In this document: positions 1 through 7,230 of the stretch, piece by piece
How positions within the stretch are numbered: the stretch's first letter is position 1
Layout of the letters: every line of letters starts with the position of its first letter
NCBI GenBank assembly: GCA_002503055.1
Contig: DAQX01000026.1
Span: forward strand, 46,071 to 110,070
Source of the DNA: Euryarchaeota archaeon UBA86
GTDB lineage: Archaea > Thermoplasmatota > Poseidoniia > Poseidoniales > Thalassarchaeaceae
Direction of reading: 5' to 3'
Length of the DNA: 64,000 nt
Made by a program: the position numbers and the translations under genes
The notes under the pieces: model-generated
Database searches by the model: none
Told to the model about the DNA's origin: nothing
Seen by the model: the letters and a program-made list of their open reading frames with translations, nothing else

Positions 1-1
1 G

Positions 2-1345
2 AAGTTGACTGACCCCCGAGTCGGTGAGTTGTTGAATGGGCTGGAATCGAGAGATGATCTTGATGAGGTGCAATCGGCCAATGTCAGACTAGCAAGAGAA
101 TCATTCGACAAGGCGACCAAGCTTCCTACAGAATTTGTCGAAGAGATGGCGAAGCACCGCTCCAGATCTCAGATATCATGGTCCGAAGCCCGTGCCAAGG
201 ACGATTTTTCAATTTTCAGAGACGATTTGGAGAAGGCTATTGACATAGCTAGACGCAAGGCAGACTATTTGGGATATGATGAACTACGATATGACGCTCT
301 TCTTGATCAGTATGAAACTGGCCTAAGCGTAGCCAGAGTTGACCCTCTATTTGCGGGCCTTCGAGAAAATGTTGCTCCACTGATTAAGCAGGTCAAGGAG
401 AGTGGGGCTCGACCAGATATGTCTTGGGTCGAGGATAACAAATGGGAGCAATCGGGTCAGGAGGCTCTGAGTCAGGCTATTTCAGAGGCGATTGGTTTCG
501 ATTTCTCCGCCGGTAGACGAGATGCTTCTACTCATCCATTCTGCGGCGGGGCTAACCCAGATGATGTTCGATGGACTACTCGATACAACGAATCAGACCC
601 GTTCGGTTCACTATACGGCTCCATGCACGAGACTGGTCATGGAACCTATGAGCAAGGAAGGAGGCGTGATTTGGACTTCCAACCCGCTGGCGAGGCCAAT
701 GGCCTGGGGGTGCACGAGAGTCAAAGTAGGCTCTGGGAGAACCAGGTTGGGCGCTCGCTCGAATTCTGCGAATGGGCGCTTCCTCTATGGCAGCAGTGCT
801 TTCCAGAGAACATGGCTGGAGTTACTTCTGAGCAGTTGTGGCAAGCTGTCAATCTCGTTGAACCAAGTCTGATTCGAGTAGAGGCAGATGAAGCGACATA
901 CAATGTCCACATCATGATTCGATACGAGCTCGAGAAGAGGCTCATAGCTGGAGAAATCGAGGTCGATGACTTGCCGAATGCATGGGACGATATGTATGAG
1001 GAATTCCTCGGCATCAGGGCCCCCAACAGAACTCTAGGTGTTCTACAGGATATTCATTGGTCGATGGGTGCATTCGGTTACTTCCCAACTTACACTCTCG
1101 GCAACCTATACGCCGCTCAACTACTAGCAGCCGCGCGTGAGGACCTCTCTGACCACGATGAACAGATGCGCCGTGGAGAGTTTGATGCGCTTCTATCTTG
1201 GATGCGTGAGCATGTTCATCAGAGAGGAAGTATCCTCGAACCTGCAGATCTAATTGAAGAAGCCACAGGGTCGCCTCCTTCTCCTGATGCGTTTGTAGAC
1301 TATCTGCAAGATAAGGTGAAGCGCCTCTATGGATTGACTGCTTAG
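2..1345 (+). CDS. Carboxypeptidase Taq-like metallopeptidase (MEROPS M32); 5' end cut by the window edge
   Basis: It has the HExxH zinc site (MHETGHGTYEQG) plus HESQSRLWEN and IRVEADEATYNVHI, which are typical of M32 carboxypeptidases. The ORF is open to the window start. Confidence 0.9.
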   Translation, partial: KLTDPRVGELLNGLESRDDLDEVQSANVRLARESFDKATKLPTEFVEEMAKHRSRSQISWSEARAKDDFSIFRDDLEKAIDIARRKADYLGYDELRYDALLDQYETGLSVARVDPLFAGLRENVAPLIKQVKESGARPDMSWVEDNKWEQSGQEALSQAISEAIGFDFSAGRRDASTHPFCGGANPDDVRWTTRYNESDPFGSLYGSMHETGHGTYEQGRRRDLDFQPAGEANGLGVHESQSRLWENQVGRSLEFCEWALPLWQQCFPENMAGVTSEQLWQAVNLVEPSLIRVEADEATYNVHIMIRYELEKRLIAGEIEVDDLPNAWDDMYEEFLGIRAPNRTLGVLQDIHWSMGAFGYFPTYTLGNLYAAQLLAAAREDLSDHDEQMRRGEFDALLSWMREHVHQRGSILEPADLIEEATGSPPSPDAFVDYLQDKVKRLYGLTA

Positions 1346-1371
1346 GTGCAAACTACGATATTGGATGGTCC

Positions 1372-2439
1372 GTGTGTGAGAGCGTGACTGGCCTCGCTCT
1401 ATCTTCTGTCTCCTCGTTGAGAAGAGACATTGGAGATCGATGTACGGTTCTCCGAATACATGACGGGCGAGTCTATGCTGGCTCGCAAGAAGGAGTCTTT
1501 GCGTGCTGGAGTGAGGATTCTGGCGAGGCCCTCTGGAGAGTCAAAATGTCTGGTCCTCTCAGTGACATTGATTTTGGAGAAGATAGGGTGTATGTTGCTG
1601 AGTCATCGAAGTTACATTGTCTTGAAAACAGAGGAGGGGAGATTGTCTGGAGCATGGAGTTGGAGGGATCTAGCGATTATGTGATAGTGAATGACGGAGT
1701 CATCTGGGCCACCTCAAGTGTCTACGAGATTGAAATTGGAGACTACACTGAGTCGACGATATGGAAATTCAACAGTTCTGGCGAAGTCGAGAAGTTTTGG
1801 AATATCGACGAGAGGTGTTGGTTTTTGGGCCCATACAATGAGGGTTTGATTTTGGGTCTAGGAAGGCCTAGGTGTGGTGCTCTGAGAGTTCTAGATGATC
1901 TGATAGAGCATCTCGAAGTCGGCGGCAGTCCCGTCACCTGTGGGGCTGGTTTCGATAATCGAATTATTCTCGGCCAATCGGATGGGAGAGTCGCCGATAT
2001 TGGCAACGGTTCGGAGATGATGGGGGATTCGCCAACTAGTGCTGTCTTAGCGATGGATGATGGTGCAATAGCAGGTTTCGAAGATGGTAGAGTCATATCC
2101 AGTGATGGATGGAGTCATAACTCTAGAGGAGGGATCGCATCACTTTCTCTCGGGCCTTATCCAAGGGGTGAAGGGGCCGTTTGGATCTGTTTAGATGGCG
2201 GAGTGACGCTCCTGAACAAATCTACTGGGGACAATCTGCTAGAGTTAGGTCATGAGAGTAAGCTTTGGAAGTCAGATGCTAATGAGAGACTGATTGTGCT
2301 AGGGGATGCGGATGGAATCATTCACTTTGTAGAGGTGAATGTGCTCTCTCGGCGCCTTAGTGCTGACTCGGAGAATTTCGAAGATGATGCCAGGAAGAAT
2401 GAGATGATGGATAAATTAAGGGAACTGCGAAGTGTTTGA
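1372..2439 (+). CDS. PQQ-like/WD40-like beta-propeller repeat protein with a charged C-terminal tail
   Basis: A 355-aa ORF with repeated segments of the form 'G.V.A....G..lW' (VYAGSQEGVFACWSEDSGEALWRV, LHCLENRGGEIVWSM), as in BamB/PQQ propellers. I recognise no specific family. Confidence 0.45.
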   Translation: MCESVTGLALSSVSSLRRDIGDRCTVLRIHDGRVYAGSQEGVFACWSEDSGEALWRVKMSGPLSDIDFGEDRVYVAESSKLHCLENRGGEIVWSMELEGSSDYVIVNDGVIWATSSVYEIEIGDYTESTIWKFNSSGEVEKFWNIDERCWFLGPYNEGLILGLGRPRCGALRVLDDLIEHLEVGGSPVTCGAGFDNRIILGQSDGRVADIGNGSEMMGDSPTSAVLAMDDGAIAGFEDGRVISSDGWSHNSRGGIASLSLGPYPRGEGAVWICLDGGVTLLNKSTGDNLLELGHESKLWKSDANERLIVLGDADGIIHFVEVNVLSRRLSADSENFEDDARKNEMMDKLRELRSV

Positions 2440-2497
2440 GATACAGTGGAAATTAACATTCTATGACCCTTATTTCCGCTGTACTGCTCTAATATCT

Positions 2498-2512
2498 GGA
2501 AAGGTTTATTTA
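2498..2512 (+). promoter_or_regulatory. Archaeal BRE/TATA-like element (GGAAAGG-TTTATTTA) facing the purine-rich tract
   Basis: A purine-rich BRE-like heptamer sits directly 5' of the 8-nt TTTATTTA. The element is 60 nt after the stop of the upstream gene, and no recognisable CDS follows it. Confidence 0.3.
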
Positions 2513-2711
2513 CTGCCGCTTGCCCTGTGAACTTTGCCGCTTCTTTGAAGCCGGTGTGGGGGCGCTTCGGCGCGACCCGCGGGCCACAGAAACCGAGCCG
2601 CGAAAAAGCGGCGGTAGAACCCGAGATCTGGAAAGAGAACGGGAGATAGTCGGAACGCCATGTGGGCGGGAAGACGACGGGAGAACCGAAGAGGACGAAG
2701 GTGGAGAGAAC

Positions 2712-2745
2712 TGGAGAGAACTGGACGCAAGGAAAGGGAAGGAAA
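2712..2745 (+). repeat. 34-nt perfect direct repeat, copy A (TGGAGAGAACTGGACGCAAGGAAAGGGAAGGAAA)
   Basis: Read directly from the sequence and identical to 2901-2934. Copy A is flanked by 10-nt tandem duplications: AGAGAACTGG x2 at 2705-2724 and GGGAAGGAAA x2 at 2736-2755. Confidence 0.95.
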
Positions 2746-2900
2746 GGGAAGGAAACCGGAGGAAACGGAGGAGGAAGCTGAGGAAAAGCGAAACCGAACC
2801 GGCAACGGGGAAAACCAAAACCGAGGCAGAGTACTATCCCGAAGAGATACGCGTGGAAGGGGAAAAGAGATTGGAACTGGAAACGGCGTGGGGAACAAAG

Positions 2901-2934
2901 TGGAGAGAACTGGACGCAAGGAAAGGGAAGGAAA
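2901..2934 (+). repeat. 34-nt perfect direct repeat, copy B
   Basis: Identical to 2712-2745 and 189 nt downstream of it. Confidence 0.95.
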
Positions 2935-3311
2935 CGGAGGGAAACACGAGCGAACAAGGGCGGAGAGATCCGTGGAGGAAGTTGTATCGGACCGTGGAGA
3001 GAAATGGTGAGAATAGCCAGGAGAGGAAACGGAGAACGCGAAGAGGGAGGCGACCCCCTTGGAGAGAGAAGATGAGTGAAGTGAGAAATCACAGAGCGCG
3101 ACAAAAGAACCCTAGAGGTTCTGGAGGAGTCTACCCGGGGAAACCTGGGCCTTAGGGCCCAGGGGACACCCGGACCCTGCGGAGTAGAACGGAGGGGGGG
3201 AAGCTCCCCCATGTGCTGAACCCCTCCTGACTGCTCCCACCTGATCATCGGCCCATTAGTCCAATCGAAATCTAGCGTAGCATTTCTTGATGCTTGGATA
3301 ATGAGTTGATT

Positions 3312-4913
3312 CTACTCTCTTGGCCCAATCATTTCCTCAGCCCTGACCCATTGAGTAAATTCCTCATCGGTCAACATATCCAATTCGAGAGCGCTTTCCC
3401 TGAGAGTGGTTCCTTTCTCGTGGGCGTTCTTCGCAATCTTAGCAGCATTATCATAGCCGATGTGTGGATTTAGTGCGGTAACCAGCATAAGCGAGTTTTC
3501 TAGATGTCTTGCGATGTTGTCCTCATTGGCCTCTAACCCTGTAACGCACTTATCTGTGAAAGAACGACACGAGTCAGAAAGTAGCCTAATGCTGTGCAGG
3601 TAGTTATGGATCATCATCGGCTTGAACACATTTAGCTCAAAATTACCTTGGCTACCTCCTATTGAGAGAGCCGAATGATTTCCCATCACTTGGCAGCAGA
3701 CCATGGTGATAGCCTCTGACTGAGTTGGGTTGACCTTGCCTGGCATGATGCTAGATCCTGGCTCATTGGCGGGAAGAGCCAATTCGCCAAAACCGCACCG
3801 AGGTCCAGAACCTAGCCATCTGATGTCGTTGGCAATTTTCATCAGCGACACAGCCAGGGCGTTTAGACTGCCTGAAGCAGCCACTATTGCATCGTGAGCG
3901 GCTAGTTGGGCGAACTTATTCTCAGCGCTGACGAATGGCATCTCGGTCTTGTCGGCGATTCTCGCTGCCACCGCGTCAGCAAAGTCGGGATGGGTATTGA
4001 GTCCGGTTCCAACCGCAGTTCCTCCGAGAGCCAATTCAAGCAAGTCCTCAAGCGAATGCTCTAACCTAGAGATATCTGAATTCAACATAGAGACATAGCC
4101 ACTGAACTCTTGGCCCAGCGTAAGCGGTACTGCGTCCATCAGATGCGTTCTTCCAATCTTCACTATTCCAGTGAATCCCTTCGACTTCGCTTCCAACTCA
4201 TCTCGTAGATGTCTGACAGAAGGTAGCAGACGATGATATGTTTCCTCTGCGGCGGCAATATGCATGGCTGTAGGGAAAGTGTCGTTACTAGACTGAGCTC
4301 GGTTGACATGATCATTTGGGTGGACTGGCGTCTTGCTGCCAATGGTTCCGCCTGATATCTCAATGGCACGATTCGCGATGACTTCGTTTGAATTCATATT
4401 GGTCTGGGTTCCTGAACCAGTTTGCCATATTCTGAGTGGGAAGTGCTCATCCAATGAGCCTGATATCACTTCATCACAAGCGCTTGAAATGAGGGAGCCA
4501 ATGTCGGAGTCGAGGGCGCCGAGACTGACATTGGTCTCGGCTGCTGCTTGCTTGAGAATCCCAAAGGCCCGAATGATTGAGCGTGGCATTGTATCGTCTC
4601 CGATATCGAAGTTGATCAGGGACCTCGCTGTCTGAGCCCCATAGTAACGATCGGCTGGGACTTCGACTTCACCCATCGTATCCTTCTCGATTCTGATTGC
4701 GTCCGGTCTGGCCTTGGCACTACGCGAAGAGACAGGAGGGTCTGGTGGTCTCTCATCGGACTCAGAATCTAGTGATTCGTGGATCATTCTGACTATTGTC
4801 GCAGACCTACCGTCCTCTCTTCCCTTGCCGACTTTTCGATCTAACTTACGCGCTGTTTCCTCTGGTATACTGATGCTGATTATTCGACGGTCTCCCGCAC
4901 GGTGCTTTGCCAT
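3312..4913 (-). CDS. fumC: Class II fumarate hydratase with an N-terminal ribbon-helix-helix (CopG/NikR-like) extension
   Basis: It carries the fumarate-lyase signature [16 protein letters not shown], and [25 protein letters not shown] matches the FumC N-terminus. The first ~72 aa ([39 protein letters not shown]) follow a beta-alpha-alpha RHH pattern. Confidence 0.9.
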   Translation of the reverse strand: MAKHRAGDRRIISISIPEETARKLDRKVGKGREDGRSATIVRMIHESLDSESDERPPDPPVSSRSAKARPDAIRIEKDTMGEVEVPADRYYGAQTARSLINFDIGDDTMPRSIIRAFGILKQAAAETNVSLGALDSDIGSLISSACDEVISGSLDEHFPLRIWQTGSGTQTNMNSNEVIANRAIEISGGTIGSKTPVHPNDHVNRAQSSNDTFPTAMHIAAAEETYHRLLPSVRHLRDELEAKSKGFTGIVKIGRTHLMDAVPLTLGQEFSGYVSMLNSDISRLEHSLEDLLELALGGTAVGTGLNTHPDFADAVAARIADKTEMPFVSAENKFAQLAAHDAIVAASGSLNALAVSLMKIANDIRWLGSGPRCGFGELALPANEPGSSIMPGKVNPTQSEAITMVCCQVMGNHSALSIGGSQGNFELNVFKPMMIHNYLHSIRLLSDSCRSFTDKCVTGLEANEDNIARHLENSLMLVTALNPHIGYDNAAKIAKNAHEKGTTLRESALELDMLTDEEFTQWVRAEEMIGPRE

Positions 4914-4970
4914 ACATTTGGCATTAATTAGTTATTAATAAACTCTATGATAGTCTGTCAGTAAGTCGTT

Positions 4971-5459
4971 TTATTCCGCCCTCTCAACCTTGATAATCTT
5001 CTGGGGATCATACGGTCTATCCCCTGGCTGAGTATCACAATTCTCGATTTTGTAGACTGTTTCCATTCCTTTCACAACTTTTCCGAACACGGCGTGGTTA
5101 CCATCGAGCCATGGCGTTGGCACAGTGGTCAGGAAGAACTGCGAGCCGCCAGTGTTGGGGCCAGCATTGGCCATCGAGAACAGTCCTGGGCTATCGTGCC
5201 TCTTGGCCAGTGCTGAGGTCTCACAGGGAATCTTCCAGCCGGGTCCTCCGGTTCCAGCTCTGCCGTTGTGAGGATCTCTTGAATGAGGGCAGCCTCCCTG
5301 GATCATGAAATTCTTGATGACTCTGTGGAAGTGAAGTCCGTCGTAGAACCCATCATCCACTAGTCTGAGGAAGTTTCCTGTGGTCTCTGGGCAGTCATCA
5401 GTGTAGAGTTCGATATCTATCGGCCCTGCGCTTGTCGTCATCCTAACTATGGTTTGCAT
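4971..5459 (-). CDS. Cyclophilin-type peptidyl-prolyl cis-trans isomerase
   Basis: FHRVIKNFMIQGG, GPNTGGSQFF and HAVFGKV are cyclophilin hallmarks. Confidence 0.9.
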   Translation of the reverse strand: MQTIVRMTTSAGPIDIELYTDDCPETTGNFLRLVDDGFYDGLHFHRVIKNFMIQGGCPHSRDPHNGRAGTGGPGWKIPCETSALAKRHDSPGLFSMANAGPNTGGSQFFLTTVPTPWLDGNHAVFGKVVKGMETVYKIENCDTQPGDRPYDPQKIIKVERAE

Positions 5460-5504
5460 GTGGTTGGCTACGACAAGTAGTCCAATAGCCTAACGATAGT
5501 TGAA

Positions 5505-6032
5505 TCACTCCTCGTTGGATAGATTTGCATTAATCTCCTGCAGCAAATCTCTAATCTCAACTAGGACATCATTTGATCCAGAAGATGGAGTAGGCGAAGG
5601 AGCTGAAACAAGAGAGTCCCTTTGTAGAAGGACGAGGTCACGGAATTGATCGGAGTTTTTCACGCCTGTGAGGATGAAAGGTGCTGCACCGGCTGTCTCA
5701 AACTGCATCCTGACAACTCCAAAGGCGTTGAGGATTGGGCCCTCGTGAATAGATACATCAGTGAGTTTGTCCAGAGGAATGTTTTGCTGTTTCTTGAACA
5801 ACCATCCCATACGCATGTTGATCGAACGATCCGTTAGGGCCCCGCTCATGTGCTCGTACTGCTTCTTGTGCACCAACCATCCAAATGGGAGCCATATCAG
5901 CATCAATGGTATTCCAATAATTGTAGAGAGAAGTCCTATATTGGCAGTCATCCACCAGTAAACGATAATTTTCCTATCGAATTCGACTGCCATTATTTTG
6001 CCGCTGTCTGCGTATCCTGGTTGTTCTTGCAT
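5505..6032 (-). CDS. Membrane protein with a bacterial PH domain (bPH_2 / YdbS-like)
   Basis: Two N-terminal hydrophobic helices are followed by a bPH_2-like segment, SINMRMGWLFKKQQNIPLDKLTDVSIHEGPILNAFGVVRMQFETAG. Confidence 0.55.
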   Translation of the reverse strand: MQEQPGYADSGKIMAVEFDRKIIVYWWMTANIGLLSTIIGIPLMLIWLPFGWLVHKKQYEHMSGALTDRSINMRMGWLFKKQQNIPLDKLTDVSIHEGPILNAFGVVRMQFETAGAAPFILTGVKNSDQFRDLVLLQRDSLVSAPSPTPSSGSNDVLVEIRDLLQEINANLSNEE

Positions 6033-6071
6033 GGATTTCGGAGTAGTGGTTATGTTATCATACCATTCTCT

Positions 6072-6467
6072 CTATGCCACCATTGAACCTGGCAATACTC
6101 CCTTCGGCAGTTCGAGTAGCCTGACTGTGCCGTCTGGATCTAGAGATCCAAGAACTAGGAACTGGGAGACGAATCCGGTTGGTAGAGTCTTGTCACCTAG
6201 ATTTACCGCGCCCACCACTGTACGCCCAATCAATTGCGCTCGTGAGTAATTGGTAATCTGGGCTGAGCTCCACAACTTTCCAATTACAGGGCCGAAGTCA
6301 ACATGGATCTTGTAAGATGGTTTGCGCATCTCGGGGAATTCCTCTACTTCGAGGATAATTCCAGTTCTCAAGTCCATTTCGAAGTACGCGGCCGCTCCGA
6401 TGTATTCCTTCTTGTCGAGTTTCTCAGGATGGTAGGGTTCGCTAGAGTCAATGATATGTTCACTCAT
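6072..6467 (-). CDS. csaA: tRNA-binding domain protein (CsaA/EMAP-like OB fold)
   Basis: KPSYKIHVDFGPVIGKLWSSAQITNY...LIGRTVVGAVNLGDK resembles the CsaA / Trbp111 tRNA-binding domain. Confidence 0.7.
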   Translation of the reverse strand: MSEHIIDSSEPYHPEKLDKKEYIGAAAYFEMDLRTGIILEVEEFPEMRKPSYKIHVDFGPVIGKLWSSAQITNYSRAQLIGRTVVGAVNLGDKTLPTGFVSQFLVLGSLDPDGTVRLLELPKGVLPGSMVA

Positions 6468-7055
6468 TCATTCACCCGTGACATCAGATCTAACGATGAG
6501 GGGTCTCAGGTCAACCCCTGCCTCAACGAAGGCCTCAGCCCCTCCTTCTTCACGATCTAGGATAGTAATGCAGGCGGCTACCTCGCAGCCCATCTCAGTC
6601 AGTCTAGCGGCTGCTTTGAGAGCCGACCCGCCTGTGGTCGTCACATCCTCTAGCAGTACAACTCTGTCGCCCTCGGACAAACTAGAGCCTTCGATTCCCG
6701 GTGGATTACCAGTCTTCCTTCCACCGCGCCCCTTGGGCTCCTTACGAACCATGAAACCGCGTAACTGCGAGCCTTTTCCTGCCTTGGCAATGGCGATCCC
6801 TGTGAGTGGAATTGCACCTAGCTCAAGGCCGCCAACCGCATCTACTCCTCCAATCTGTTCAACCTCATGGTGAATCAATACACCCAGCAGATGAGCACAG
6901 TCCGGATCCATCATCACCGGCTTCATGTCGAAGAAGTGAGGGCTAATCCTTCCACTGGCCAAAGTGAATGGGTCGTCGGGCGAATGGAGGTAGGCTAGTT
7001 CTCTAACACGCTCGACCAGTCGTACCCTCGCCTCGTCTGTATCCATCGTTGCCAT
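6468..7055 (-). CDS. pyrE: Orotate phosphoribosyltransferase
   Basis: The PRPP-binding loop VVLLEDVTTTGGSALKAA is present. The ORF runs to 7232, but the ATG at 7055 (MATMDTDEARV) gives a typical ~195-aa PyrE and removes the overlap with polD. Confidence 0.85.
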   Translation of the reverse strand: MATMDTDEARVRLVERVRELAYLHSPDDPFTLASGRISPHFFDMKPVMMDPDCAHLLGVLIHHEVEQIGGVDAVGGLELGAIPLTGIAIAKAGKGSQLRGFMVRKEPKGRGGRKTGNPPGIEGSSLSEGDRVVLLEDVTTTGGSALKAAARLTEMGCEVAACITILDREEGGAEAFVEAGVDLRPLIVRSDVTGE

Positions 7056-7230
7056 CGGCCTCTTCGGCTCGGCAGGGGTCGGATGAAGGTTCGCCCTGAG
7101 AGGACTATTCAACAGGCACATTGCAGTGAATGTTCTTGGACGGCCAACACCGGTGAGAGAATGTTCCGCAGCGGAGCGTGTTGTGATTAGGGTGGAAAAG
7201 GGGCGTCTCGCAGTATACGATCGGGCTCGC

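Larger units (their letters stand above)
2535..3290 (+). ncRNA. Candidate large purine-rich structured RNA of unknown family; boundaries approximate
   Basis: The interior of the plus strand is T-depleted (38 T in 480 nt at 2641-3120 by hand count). The 5' end has a cUUCGg hairpin (2562-2573) and a GAAAAA-loop hairpin (2597-2612). The 3' end has hairpins at 3106-3122, 3134-3149, 3144-3163 and 3194-3210. A TATA-like box lies upstream. All six frames are largely open because of base composition, not coding. Confidence 0.3.

Noticed and set aside
2322-3248. The 308-aa minus-strand ORF across the purine-rich tract, together with ORFs 2506-2919 (-), 2510-2818 (-) and 2660-3010 (+).
   Set aside because: Several overlapping frames on both strands are open only because T is rare on the plus strand, so A is rare on the minus strand and stop codons cannot form. 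The translations are low-complexity (P/F/S/L-rich or E/R/G-rich). The 308-aa ORF also overlaps the 3' end of the well-supported gene at 1372-2439. The single plus-strand ORF at 2520-3155 is kept only as an alternative hypothesis in the findings.
2540-3250. Identity of the purine-rich locus as RNase P RNA or SRP (7S) RNA.
   Set aside because: I looked for the RNase P CR-I motif GAGGAAAGUCC and the SRP helix-8 motif GUCCGGAAGGAAGCAG and found neither. A CACAGAAACCGAGCC stretch near 2585 loosely resembles RNase P CR-V, but it lies at the wrong (5') end and its partner motifs are missing. A 600-nt purine-rich core also does not fit either family.
7056-7230. A replication origin next to the PolD gene, as in Pyrococcus.
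   Set aside because: There is no orc1/cdc6 gene nearby, no AT-rich unwinding element and no ORB-like long inverted repeats. I found only one short direct repeat.
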